Shown: positions 19,484-29,609, numbered from the stretch's first letter. The stretch is 64,000 nt of DNA from Alphaproteobacteria bacterium (GCA_016124335.1 WGNX01000005.1:475524-539523), one strand, 5' to 3'. Notes: generated by a model not told the origin, from the sequence alone. Made by a program: numbers and translations.

Positions 19484-20983
19484 GTGACCTTCCGCATCCG
19501 CCTGCTTGTCGCCCTTGGCGGGGTGCTGTGGCTTGCGTTCGCAAGCCTCGCGCTGCGTGGTGCCGATACGCTGTTCGCGATGCCCATCGCCGAGGATGGC
19601 TGGTACGCGCTCACGGTCGCGCGCAACATGGCGCGCGGGCTCGGCATCACGATCGACGGCGCCACCTGGACGAACGGCTTCCAGCCGTTGTTCACGTTCC
19701 TCGAGGCGGGTGCGTTCTCGCTTGCCGGCGGTTCCGAGGAGGGCGGTTTGCGGCTGGTGTTCGCGCTGGCCGCTCTCGTGCACGGGATGGGCGCGCTGCT
19801 CGCGGCGGGGCTCGCGCGCGCGGCCCTCGAAGGCGAGGCGGGCACGCGAAATCTGGCGGGCGCGCTGGCGTTTGCCGGCTATCTTGCGGCTCCGAAGGCC
19901 TTCAACGATTTCTACAACGGGCTGGAAACCGTGCTGCAGGCGACGCTCTATCTCGCCGCATGGCGGTTCCATGCGACCGGCTGGCGCACGCGCATGGCAA
20001 GCCGCATCGGGATGGGCGCCATCCTCGGTGCGCTGGTTCTCGCGCGCATCGATGCGGCGGTGTTCGTCGCGGTTTTCTGCGCGGCCGAACTGTGGCGCGG
20101 ACGCACCCGGATCGGCGAAGCGGTCAGGGTCTGCGTGGCCGTCGGCGCCACGGCGGTGCTCGTTTCCTCGCCGTGGTGGCTCTACAACGCGATCGTCTTC
20201 GGCCATCCGATGCCGATTTCCGGATTTGCGCAGCAGGCCTTCGCGGTCACGGGCGAGCGGACGGAAGCCGCGGCCTGGGCCATCGTTGCCGAAGCGGTGC
20301 CGTGGATTTTCGCGGGCGCGTTCGAAAATTCGTGGACGGCGATTTTGCGCCTGGCGGCACTTGCCGCCTTCGCGGCGATGGTCGTCTTTCTCCGGCGTGC
20401 CGGCAAGCTGCCGCGACCCGACCGCGAGCAAGCGGCCTTTGCGGCGGTCCTGCTCGTCGCCTATGCGGCGCTTGTGAGCTATTACTGGGTCGAGTTCTTC
20501 GCGTACTGGTTTTACGTGCGCTATTTCGCGCCGCTATCGCTGCTGGCGTTCGTCTATGTGCCGGCGCTGGCGGCGCGCGTGGTTCCGCGAGCGGCCTTCG
20601 CGGCGGTGATGGCATGCGCGGCCCTCGCGGCCGTGCTGCTCGCCTTCGCGTGGCGCGGGGAAGGCATCTTCGGGCATTCGTCCAACGACATCCAGGTGGC
20701 GCTGGTCGAAAAATACGTGCCCGCCGATGCGACGGTCGCCGCGGGCCAGTCGGGCACGTTGGGCTTCAAGCGTGCGCATGTCGTCAATGTCGACGGCAAG
20801 GTGAATGCCGAGGCGCTGAAATGGCGCGGGCGCATGTGGGAATATCTCGACGCGCGCGGCATCGAATGGTTCGTCGACTCGACCTGGTACGTGGAGCTTT
20901 ATCTCGGTGAGGACCCCGCCGCGCACGGCTGGTCGAAAACCGCGCAGGACGACGACTGGGTCGTCTACCGGCGGGTTCGCTAG
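19484..20983 (+). CDS. Polytopic membrane protein, putative GT-C-fold (ArnT/PMT-like) glycosyltransferase
   Basis: ORF 19190..20983 trimmed to the GTG at 19484 (VTFRIRLLVALGG...). About 10 or more hydrophobic segments, then a soluble C-terminal ~90 aa. The functional call is by architecture only. Confidence 0.55.
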   Translation: MTFRIRLLVALGGVLWLAFASLALRGADTLFAMPIAEDGWYALTVARNMARGLGITIDGATWTNGFQPLFTFLEAGAFSLAGGSEEGGLRLVFALAALVHGMGALLAAGLARAALEGEAGTRNLAGALAFAGYLAAPKAFNDFYNGLETVLQATLYLAAWRFHATGWRTRMASRIGMGAILGALVLARIDAAVFVAVFCAAELWRGRTRIGEAVRVCVAVGATAVLVSSPWWLYNAIVFGHPMPISGFAQQAFAVTGERTEAAAWAIVAEAVPWIFAGAFENSWTAILRLAALAAFAAMVVFLRRAGKLPRPDREQAAFAAVLLVAYAALVSYYWVEFFAYWFYVRYFAPLSLLAFVYVPALAARVVPRAAFAAVMACAALAAVLLAFAWRGEGIFGHSSNDIQVALVEKYVPADATVAAGQSGTLGFKRAHVVNVDGKVNAEALKWRGRMWEYLDARGIEWFVDSTWYVELYLGEDPAAHGWSKTAQDDDWVVYRRVR

Positions 20984-22395
20984 TAGGCGTTTTCCTTGCC
21001 CAGGATCGCGATGGGCGTCAGCGCCAGGATCTTCAGGTCGAACAGCAGCGACCAGTTGTCGATGTAGAACAGGTCGAACTGGACGCGGCGGCGCATCTTC
21101 TCGGGCGTGTCGGTTTCCCCGCGCAGGCCGTTGACCTGCGCCCAGCCCGTCATGCCCGGCTTCACGCGGTGGCGGGCGAGATAGTCGTCGATGATCTTGG
21201 CATATTGCTCGTTGTGCGCGACCGCGTGCGGCCGCGGTCCCACGAGCGACATGTCGCCGAACAGCACGTTCAACAGCTGCGGGAATTCGTCGAGCGAGGA
21301 GCGGCGCAGGAAACCGCCCACGCGCGTCACGCGCGGATCGTTCCTGGTCGCCTGCGGGACGCTGGGCTCCTCCGCGCGCTGGTGGAACATCGTGCGGAAC
21401 TTGTAGACGACGATCTCGTTGTTCGCGAACCCGTAACGGCGCTGGCGGAACAGGGCGGGGCCGGGACTGTCGAGCTTGACGGCAAGAGCCGTCAGCAGCA
21501 GCAGCGGCGACAGCACGACCAGCAGGACTGCCGCGAGGATACGGTCTTCGAGCGCCTTCAGCACGAGGCTCCAGCCCGACAGCGGGCGCTCGAGCACGGA
21601 CAGCATCGGGATGCCGGCGATGGCGTGGAAGCCGCGCGCGGGCAGGTAGGTGCCGATATAGTCCGGGCACAGTTTCACGTCGACCGGCACCACTTTCAGC
21701 TTCTTGATGAGTTCCTGCAGGTCGGCCGATGCCTGCCAGGGAAGGGCGATGATGATCTCGTCGACAGGGTTGCGCTTGCAGTAGGCGATCAGGTCGTCGA
21801 CCGTGCCGGCGACCGGATGGCCTTCGATCGTTTCCGGAAGGCGCTCGCGCCGGTCGTCGAACACGCCGACGATCTGGTATTCCTGCGTGCGTACGTCGGC
21901 GAGATGACGAAGGAACGCGCGGCCCATCTCGCCTGCACCGATGATCGCGACCTTCCTTGCAAGCCGCCCCTGCAGGCGCCAGCGGTCGATCTGCACGAGC
22001 ATCGTCAGCCGCACGAGAATGAGGCCGCCGAAACCCAGTGCCAGCCAGCCAAGCGCGAAGGCGCGGCTGAAGGCGACGGATGTCTGCGTGAAGTAGGCGA
22101 GCGCGATGAGGCTTGCCATCACGCCGATCCACGCGGTCGCAAGCTTGCCGAACTGGCTTGCCAGCCGCGACAGGTTCTCGAACACGTAAAGCCGCGCGAT
22201 CTGGAAATAGTTCGCGGCCAGCCCCATCGCGGCGAGGATGGCGATCAGATAGAGATCGGGGATGATCCAGCTGTCGTGGCGCGCCCAGTAGGCGGCCCAG
22301 GCGGCGATGGCGATCACGCCGACATCGGCCACCCGCAGGGCCCCCAGCACCAAGGTCTGCAGATCGGCGGCGACGACGTTGTTTTTTCGTTTCAT
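20980..22395 (-). CDS. Undecaprenyl-phosphate sugar phosphotransferase (WbaP/ExoY-type priming glycosyltransferase)
   Basis: ORF 20980..22647 trimmed to MKRKNNVV (an alternative ATG lies at 22443). N-terminal TM segments, a Rossmann-like KVAIIGAGEMG, and a C-terminal bacterial sugar transferase domain with DEFPQLLNVLFGDMSLVGPRPH. Confidence 0.85.
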   Translation of the reverse strand: MKRKNNVVAADLQTLVLGALRVADVGVIAIAAWAAYWARHDSWIIPDLYLIAILAAMGLAANYFQIARLYVFENLSRLASQFGKLATAWIGVMASLIALAYFTQTSVAFSRAFALGWLALGFGGLILVRLTMLVQIDRWRLQGRLARKVAIIGAGEMGRAFLRHLADVRTQEYQIVGVFDDRRERLPETIEGHPVAGTVDDLIAYCKRNPVDEIIIALPWQASADLQELIKKLKVVPVDVKLCPDYIGTYLPARGFHAIAGIPMLSVLERPLSGWSLVLKALEDRILAAVLLVVLSPLLLLTALAVKLDSPGPALFRQRRYGFANNEIVVYKFRTMFHQRAEEPSVPQATRNDPRVTRVGGFLRRSSLDEFPQLLNVLFGDMSLVGPRPHAVAHNEQYAKIIDDYLARHRVKPGMTGWAQVNGLRGETDTPEKMRRRVQFDLFYIDNWSLLFDLKILALTPIAILGKENAY

Positions 22396-22515
22396 TTCAG
22401 TCTGTTGCCCGACAATTGCGGGCATCTGGATTTGCGCGAGCATAAGCCACCCCGGTGCCGGAAGCAAAGTCGATCTCGGGACAAAACGGGCGGGGGGGGT
22501 GTAGCATTTCATTCG

Positions 22516-23103
22516 ATGGATCTTGTCGACATCGACCTGAATCTTCTGGGATGGGCTTTGTTCGTGGCACTGGGGATTGCGCTCCTGGTGCGCATCCGCG
22601 CGACCATCGACCGCAACCGCGAAAGCGAGCAGCCCTTCGAGGAACATGTGGTGCGCGTCGTGCGCCGGCCGCGCACGGCCGGCATGTCGCCGGCCCCGCT
22701 CATCAACGTGCCCTTTGCCGCGGCCAACGCTGCCGGGCCCGACCCCGAGGATGCGGTGCGCCGGCTTGCCCGCACGCTGCTGGCGCTGGCCGACAAGCGC
22801 GACCCGGTGGGTGCCGCACAGGCACGGCGCGCGGCCGCGCGCATCACCACGCTGGCCGCCAGCCGCGGCATCGGCGGGGAGGATGTCGAGCGGGCGGCCC
22901 TTGCCGGCATGCTGCTGAAGCTGGGGCCGGGCGTGTTGCCCGTGGGCCTCCAGCCAAAGCCCGAGCGCGAGCTTTCGAGCGTTCTCATGGATACCGCGCG
23001 CCTCGACGGGCCGGTCCCGGCCATCGTGCGGGCCATCCGCGAAGGCGCCCCGGTCGAACCGAGGCTCGAGCCGCTGGTCAACCTCGTGCGCGAGGCGGCC
23101 TGA
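22516..23103 (+). CDS. Hypothetical membrane-anchored protein
   Basis: Terminal 195 aa of ORF 21169..23103, from MDLVDIDLNLLGWALFVALGIALLV (one TM). Ala/Arg-rich soluble part with no recognisable family. Confidence 0.4.
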   Translation: MDLVDIDLNLLGWALFVALGIALLVRIRATIDRNRESEQPFEEHVVRVVRRPRTAGMSPAPLINVPFAAANAAGPDPEDAVRRLARTLLALADKRDPVGAAQARRAAARITTLAASRGIGGEDVERAALAGMLLKLGPGVLPVGLQPKPERELSSVLMDTARLDGPVPAIVRAIREGAPVEPRLEPLVNLVREAA

Positions 23104-23195
23104 GCCGGGAATTGCCGGTCAATTGGGGCGTTGTGTCCGACGATCCGGCCTGATATTCGAGGCCGCCTTCGGGAGCACGGAAAGGTTCCGCAGAC

Positions 23196-24176
<981 letters not shown>

Positions 24177-24213
24177 GTAGCGGCAGCGCCCGCGAATAAA
24201 TTTCGCTAATGGT

Positions 24214-25446
24214 CTAGGCGATCTTCCGGTTGGGATCGCGCAGCAGGTTGTCGATGTGGAATCCCTGGAACAGGCGGATGCCGGCGGCCTGTCCCAGTTC
24301 CAGCGCTTCGGCCGTTTCGCAGTGGGCCATGATGATGCGGCCCGCTTCGGCGGCGGCCACCTTCTCGGCAACGCCCGGCTCGCGCCATTCGTTGGGGCGT
24401 TCGGGGCGGAACATCACCTTGATGAAGTCTGCCCCCATTTCGGGGCGCGCGAACATCGGCAGCACGTCGAGCGTGACGTGGTCGAGCAGCACGCGATAGC
24501 CGGCGTTGCGCAGGAACTCGCACGCCGTCAGGTATTCCGCGAAATCCCAGAACACGTCGAAACGCGGGATTTCCACGATGATCTGCGATTTCGGGATGAA
24601 GTTGGCGATGCGCGTGTCGAACTCGCGGAAGCTGGCGCTCATGATCGTCTGGATGTTCAGGTTCAGCGACACGTTGCCCGACTGGCGGGTCACGAAGCCG
24701 TCGAACATCGCGCGCAGCACGCGCTGGTCCATCGTGCGGGTGAGCTGCTGGAACAGCGGCTTCACCATGCGCAGGTCGTTGCGCGGCGCGACCATCTGGC
24801 GAAGGTCGCTCACGCCCACATAAACCTCGCGGAAGAATACCCGCATCTGTTCGCGCGGCGCGGCTGCACAGCACATCTGGCTTTTCAGGAAGCCGGTGAT
24901 GTCGGCCTTGCGCAGCAGGTCTTCGAGCTTGGCGAGGGAAGTGGCCGTCAGCGGCTGGCCCTGCGCCGTGGTCATCGCCGTCCCGGCCTTGTTCAGGAGG
25001 CGCGCGCGGCGTTCCTGGAACGAGCGGTAATCGTCGATGATCTTCATGACGATCGCTTCGAAGTCCTGGAACTGGTCCTTGAACGCGAACAGCTCGTAGG
25101 CGTCCTGCGCCTGGCCTTCCTCGAGGCCCGCGGCCGAAGCGTGCTGGCGCAAGATCGTCTTGAGGTCGGAGTCGAAATTCTCGAGGTGGTAGCGGTGGTC
25201 GCGGCGGAAAAGCAGCACGATGTTGTAGTTGTGCATCGCGAACACGCCGCTGTCGGACTGGCCGAGCAGCTTGCGCAGCGCGTCGATGATCTGCTGGAAA
25301 TTCTCGCGCCGACGGCTGAACCACGCGGGCGAGTTCATGGCCACGATGACCCCGTAGCGGAACTGCAGATCCTCGGATTTCTTGACCCGGGACAGTTCCG
25401 TCAGGAGGGCTTCTTCGTCGCTTGCTTCTGTGGCCTTGGGATCCAT
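24214..25446 (-). CDS. Degenerate EAL-like domain protein (catalytic motifs substituted), unknown N-terminal domain
   Basis: ORF 24214..25536 begins with TTG. The first ATG (MDPKATEA) at 25446 avoids overlap with the upstream gene. The C-terminal ~230 aa follow EAL-domain order (LNLN, IVEIPR, LLDHVTL, DFIKVM, AHCET, GIRLFQGF), but the DDFGxGYS and EGVE motifs are replaced. Confidence 0.65.
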   Translation of the reverse strand: MDPKATEASDEEALLTELSRVKKSEDLQFRYGVIVAMNSPAWFSRRRENFQQIIDALRKLLGQSDSGVFAMHNYNIVLLFRRDHRYHLENFDSDLKTILRQHASAAGLEEGQAQDAYELFAFKDQFQDFEAIVMKIIDDYRSFQERRARLLNKAGTAMTTAQGQPLTATSLAKLEDLLRKADITGFLKSQMCCAAAPREQMRVFFREVYVGVSDLRQMVAPRNDLRMVKPLFQQLTRTMDQRVLRAMFDGFVTRQSGNVSLNLNIQTIMSASFREFDTRIANFIPKSQIIVEIPRFDVFWDFAEYLTACEFLRNAGYRVLLDHVTLDVLPMFARPEMGADFIKVMFRPERPNEWREPGVAEKVAAAEAGRIIMAHCETAEALELGQAAGIRLFQGFHIDNLLRDPNRKIA

Positions 25447-25510
25447 TCCAGATTTCTGCTCGGTCTTTTCTGCGGTCGTCGAGTCGCGGCCGTTGGTCGA
25501 ATTGAAAACT

Positions 25511-26719
25511 CTATCCGGCGGGCCGCGGCTGTTCAACTCGCCGTGCCCAGGGCGGTTCGCGTCCGCCCGGTGCCGATGGCGGCTTGGCGCGCCAGCGCGT
25601 CATCACGTCGAGCGCTTCGGGCACGCCCAGACGGTCGAACAGCGCCACGGCCTGCGCGGGTGCGGATTGTTCGCCGGCCTGCGGATCGACCGGCATCAGC
25701 CGGCCCTCGCTGGCCGAGGTGCGGCGCAGAAGCTGGGCCAGCGCCTGATAGTGCACGCGCTCCATGCCCAATGCGCGCGCGGCAACGGCAAGCGCCCGCC
25801 CGTCGGCCTGATAGAGGATGCGTCGCGCGGTCTTCATCGGCAGTTCGGCGAAGCGCGCGAAAAGCGCTTCGAACAGCGACACGTGGCCCTGGCGCAGCGT
25901 GCGCACGAGGATGGCGGGATCGTTGAGCCGTTCGGCCTTGATCGTGTCGGCGAGCCTGTCGGCCGACGAGCCCCAGTCCATCGCCACACCGTGATCGGCG
26001 GCGGCACCTTGCGCGGCATCGTCGATCGCCCAGTCGACCGAGCCGTCCCAGCCCGGCGCCCAGTTCGCGGCCTGCGGATCGAAGGCGTAGCGCTCGCGGA
26101 TCTGGCGCTTGAGGTCGGCGGCAACCCAGCCGTAAAGGCGCGCCGCGATGTCGCCCGGCAGGTCTTCGCGCGAAACGAGCGGGCGCTGCAGGCGTTCGCG
26201 TTCGCGCGCGAGGTCGGAAAGATAGGCGAATGTCGCTTCCGCGATGCGCGCCGAACGGTTGGCGAGCAGTTCTTCCATCACGTCGCTGTCGCCGGCATCG
26301 ACGAGGGCGGCCGAAACGGCCTCGCTCACGTCGGTGCGGTTGGCGATGGCGAGACGGTGGGCATGGCCGCGCTGGCGGATGATCTCGACAAGGTCGCAAT
26401 CGGCCAGTGCCGCGCTCATCGTCAGCAGCGGGCGGGCGATGGAAATTTCGTCGTTCGCGAGCGCCAGGACCAGTTCGCGCGGCGCATCGGGTGTTTCGGC
26501 CAGCCGCTCGGCCAGCCGCCGGCGGATGTCGGCCTCGGTCTCGCGGATGAGGGCGCGCACGATGTCGGCGGCGATCTCGAACTCGCCCTTGTCGAGCACC
26601 GCGGGCTGGTCGGCGAGGATTTCGCCCAGCTCGTTGCCGATCTTGGCGCGCGCGGATCCGCGGCTTGCCTGCGCAAGCTCCAGCAGCGCTCCGATTTTCG
26701 TCTGTATCGATTGCGGCAT
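25511..26719 (-). CDS. DUF2336 domain-containing protein
   Basis: 402-aa all-helical repeat-like protein (IVRALIRETEADIRRRLAERLAETPDAPRELVLALANDEISIARPLL). It resembles the alphaproteobacterial DUF2336 family from memory. Confidence 0.7.
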   Translation of the reverse strand: MPQSIQTKIGALLELAQASRGSARAKIGNELGEILADQPAVLDKGEFEIAADIVRALIRETEADIRRRLAERLAETPDAPRELVLALANDEISIARPLLTMSAALADCDLVEIIRQRGHAHRLAIANRTDVSEAVSAALVDAGDSDVMEELLANRSARIAEATFAYLSDLARERERLQRPLVSREDLPGDIAARLYGWVAADLKRQIRERYAFDPQAANWAPGWDGSVDWAIDDAAQGAAADHGVAMDWGSSADRLADTIKAERLNDPAILVRTLRQGHVSLFEALFARFAELPMKTARRILYQADGRALAVAARALGMERVHYQALAQLLRRTSASEGRLMPVDPQAGEQSAPAQAVALFDRLGVPEALDVMTRWRAKPPSAPGGREPPWARRVEQPRPAG

Positions 26720-26828
26720 CGCGGTTCCACGTTATGCGACGGGGCGACTCCCCGGCAAGCGCTAGCGCCTTGTTCCCGGTTTGTCCATGGCAAAAGTACG
26801 TCGCGCTGGGCTAGTGTCGGCGCCAGCC

Positions 26829-27719
26829 ATGAACTATCGCCACGCCTTCCACGCCGGCAATTTCGCCGACGTCGCCAAACATGTCGCCCTGTGCCTTCTC
26901 GTGGCGCGCCTTGCCGAGAAGGAGAAGCCGTTCTTCGTGCTCGATACGCATGCCGGTCTTGGCGAGTACGACCTGCTCGCCGACCCGGCCTCGCGCACCG
27001 GCGAATGGACGCACGGCATCGCGCGGATATTCGCGCGCGCGGATGCGCCGCCGGAACTGGCCGGCTATCTCGCGGCGGTGCGTGCACTCAATCCCGACGG
27101 AACGCTGCGCTGGTATCCGGGCAGTCCCCGGCTGATTGCCGGCGCGCTGCGCCCCGGCGACCGGCTGGTCGCCAACGAACTTCACGGCGAAGACGCGCAC
27201 ACGCTGGCGCGCACGTTCGCACGCGAAACCGGAATCGAGGTGCGCGACGGCGACGGCTATGTCGCGATCAAGGCGGCGCTGCCGCCGCGCGAGCGGCGCG
27301 GCCTGGTGTTCGTCGACCCGCCGTTCGAGCGCAAGGACGAGTTCGCGGCCCTGGCGCGCGCGCTGCGCCAGGGCCTGCGCCGTTTTGCGACCGGCACGTT
27401 CGCGGCGTGGTACCCGATCAAGGATCGTGTATCGTGCGATGCTTTCGTGGCCGACATGGCCGACGGGCGCATCGCCCGCGTGAGCGTTGCGGAATTCCTG
27501 ATGCGGCCGGCCGACGATCCCAAGCGGCTCGCGGGCTGCGGGCTGTTGTTCGTCAACGCGCCGTTCGGTTTCGAGGCGCGCCTGGAACGCGCATGGAACT
27601 GGTGCGCCGACGCGCTTGGTGCAGCGGGCGGCATGCGCATCGAAAATCTGGTGGGCGAAAAAGCGACGGCGCGGACCGAGGTTCCGATCCGCGCCGCTGC
27701 CGATACCGATAAAGGCTGA
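26829..27719 (+). CDS. rlmJ: 23S rRNA (adenine2030-N6)-methyltransferase RlmJ
   Basis: ORF 26781..27719 trimmed to MNYRHAFHAGNFADVAKH (characteristic RlmJ N-terminus). DPPF motif in LVFVDPPFERKDE. Confidence 0.85.
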   Translation: MNYRHAFHAGNFADVAKHVALCLLVARLAEKEKPFFVLDTHAGLGEYDLLADPASRTGEWTHGIARIFARADAPPELAGYLAAVRALNPDGTLRWYPGSPRLIAGALRPGDRLVANELHGEDAHTLARTFARETGIEVRDGDGYVAIKAALPPRERRGLVFVDPPFERKDEFAALARALRQGLRRFATGTFAAWYPIKDRVSCDAFVADMADGRIARVSVAEFLMRPADDPKRLAGCGLLFVNAPFGFEARLERAWNWCADALGAAGGMRIENLVGEKATARTEVPIRAAADTDKG

Positions 27720-27722
27720 CGA

Positions 27723-28382
27723 TCAGCCGGGGGGCGCGCCCACCGGGCCGTTTAGTTCGACCGTGACGGCCTCCGGCCCCTTGCGGGCCGTGACGACCTT
27801 CATGCGCACCGGCTGGCCGGGCGCCAGGCTCTGCAGCCCGGCGTTGCGCAGCACGGTGATGTGCACGAACACGTCTTTGCCGCCGCCGTTGGGCTGCACG
27901 AACCCGTAGCCCTTCAGGCCCGAGAACCACTTCACGACGCCGTCCATATCCTCGGCGTTGGAAAGGTCGACGGGCGCCTGATAGCCGCCGCGGTCGCCGC
28001 CGCGATCGCCACGATCGCCGCCACCACCGCCACCCCAGCCGCCGCGATCGCCGCCGCCGCCACCCCAGCCGCCGCGATCGCCACCGCGATCGCCGCGGTC
28101 ACCGCGATCGCCATAAGGCGTGCGCTGGCGCGGTGCTGAAGGCTGTGCGGTCGAGTTGTCGACTTCGAGCACACGCAGGACCTGACGGCCCTTCGGGCTC
28201 GATCCGATTTCGACCGTGACGTTGGCGCCTTCGCCAACGGACTCATAGCCGGCCTGTTTGAGTGCCGAGAGGTGAAGGAACGCTTCGGGCGATCCATCAG
28301 AGGGTGTCACGAACCCAAATCCCTTGGCGCTGTTGAACCACTTCACCGTGGCCCGCATCGTGCTGCCGTCACCCGAAGGCAT
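27723..28382 (-). CDS. Tandem cold-shock-domain protein with RGG/GW-rich linker
   Basis: 219 aa (an alternative start MRATVKWF lies at 28358). Two CSDs with RNP motifs TVKWFNSAKGFGFV and VVKWFSGLKGYGFV. They are joined by YGDRGDRGDRGGDRGGWGGGGGDRGGWGGGGGGDRGDRGGDRGGY. Confidence 0.85.
   Translation of the reverse strand: MPSGDGSTMRATVKWFNSAKGFGFVTPSDGSPEAFLHLSALKQAGYESVGEGANVTVEIGSSPKGRQVLRVLEVDNSTAQPSAPRQRTPYGDRGDRGDRGGDRGGWGGGGGDRGGWGGGGGGDRGDRGGDRGGYQAPVDLSNAEDMDGVVKWFSGLKGYGFVQPNGGGKDVFVHITVLRNAGLQSLAPGQPVRMKVVTARKGPEAVTVELNGPVGAPPG
28028..28082. repeat. Perfect 25-nt direct repeat with 30-nt period inside the csp linker-coding region
   Basis: CGCCACCCCAGCCGCCGCGATCGCC occurs at 28028-28052 and again at 28058-28082. 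On the coding strand the 30-nt period corresponds to an in-frame 10-codon unit (GGWGGGGGDR) present twice. Confidence 0.8.
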
Positions 28383-28565
28383 GTTTACCGTCCTCGCCTT
28401 GTCGCGTCTTGCCGACGTCGTTGTCCCCTGCGGCAGGCGACCCGGATGCGGGGGGCTTCGGGTTTCTAGACGGCGGCTTCTTGTCGAACGGGTCGAAGAA
28501 GAGCGACGTATTGAAAGACCATGGCACCACGCGCGGAACCTGCCACGCCGAGTTAACTATAACAA

Positions 28566-28594
28566 AATCTCCTCCGACTCGCAAAGTGCGGAAT
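28566..28594 (-). promoter_or_regulatory. Candidate sigma70-type promoter of the tandem-CSD gene
   Basis: On the minus strand, TTGCGA, 17 nt, then TATAGT (plus-strand 28589-28594 and 28566-28571). This would give a 5' UTR of about 180-200 nt. Confidence 0.35.
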
Positions 28595-28633
28595 GGACGT
28601 TCGTCAAGGGGGTTGTTCCGGCTGTGGGCGAAT

Positions 28634-29575
28634 TTACCGCCGGCCGGCCTCGAAGACGTATTCGGCGGCCGCAAGATCTTCGAGCGCCGTTCCGACCGAC
28701 TTGAAAAGCGTGATCTGGTTGTGGAACGACCGGCCCGCCGCCCGGCCCTGGGTCAGCTCGGCCAGGTCCCCCGCGATCTGCTTTTCCAGCAGCGTCCCGT
28801 TGGCCATCGGCTGGACGATGTCGCCCGCCTCCTTGAGCGCACCGCCATACGTATCGACATAGACCCGCGCGCGCGCGATCGCCGCATCGTCGGCCTCGCG
28901 CATGTCGGGCGTGAAGCCGCCGACAAGGTCGACATGCTGGCCCGGCCGCAGCCATTCGCCGCGCACCAGCGGCTCCTTCGAAAGCGTGGCGCAGCTGATC
29001 GTGTCGGCCCACGCCACGGCTTCGGCAAGGCTTGTCGCCGCGCGCGCCTTGAGCCGCCGCCCGTTGAAATTATGCGCAAGCGCCTGTGCCTTCTTCGCGT
29101 CGCGGCCCCAGACGACCAGTTCGCGGATCGGCCGCACGCTGGCGTGCGCCAGGATCATGTGCGGGGCAAGCGCGCCGGTGCCCACCATCAGCAGCTTGTC
29201 GGCATCCGGGCGCGACAGGTATTTGGCGGTCAGCGCCGAGGCCGCCGCCGTGCGCTTGAGCGTCAGCATGTGGCCGTCGATGAAGGCGAGCGGCATGCCC
29301 GTGCGCGCGGAAAGCAGGATGTAGCTTGCCGTTACGGCCGGCAGGCCCTGCGCGCCGTTCGAGGGAAAGACTGTGACGATCTTGACGCCGCAATAGCGGC
29401 CGGCCTGCCAGGCCGGCATCAGCAGCAGCGATGCCGGATCGAGGCCGGGCACTTCCATCGTGTGGCGGTGGCGCAGCGGGACTTCGGCCCCCTTGCGGAA
29501 GGCCGCGCGTAAGGCCTCGACCAGCGGGGTCGGCTCGAGGATGTTCTCGACCTCGCTGCCGCTGATGACGCGCAT
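28634..29575 (-). CDS. Ornithine cyclodeaminase / mu-crystallin family protein
   Basis: ORF 28634..29707 trimmed to MRVISGSEVENIL. NAD-binding LLMVGTGALAPH. Family-typical length of 313 aa. Confidence 0.8.
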   Translation of the reverse strand: MRVISGSEVENILEPTPLVEALRAAFRKGAEVPLRHRHTMEVPGLDPASLLLMPAWQAGRYCGVKIVTVFPSNGAQGLPAVTASYILLSARTGMPLAFIDGHMLTLKRTAAASALTAKYLSRPDADKLLMVGTGALAPHMILAHASVRPIRELVVWGRDAKKAQALAHNFNGRRLKARAATSLAEAVAWADTISCATLSKEPLVRGEWLRPGQHVDLVGGFTPDMREADDAAIARARVYVDTYGGALKEAGDIVQPMANGTLLEKQIAGDLAELTQGRAAGRSFHNQITLFKSVGTALEDLAAAEYVFEAGRR

Positions 29576-29609
29576 GCCTCCGGCGGGCGGCGACCGCATC
29601 CGCGAGGCC

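Noticed and set aside
21169-22515. 5' part of track ORF 21169..23103 (644 aa)
   Set aside because: Antisense to the WbaP-type transferase. Only the last 195 codons, after the intergenic spacer, are kept, and only as a low-confidence hypothetical.
24256-27712. Long plus-strand ORFs 24256..25926 (556 aa) and 25382..27712 (776 aa)
   Set aside because: Antisense or frame shadows of the EAL-like, DUF2336 and rlmJ genes. The composition is low-complexity and Arg/Ala-rich.
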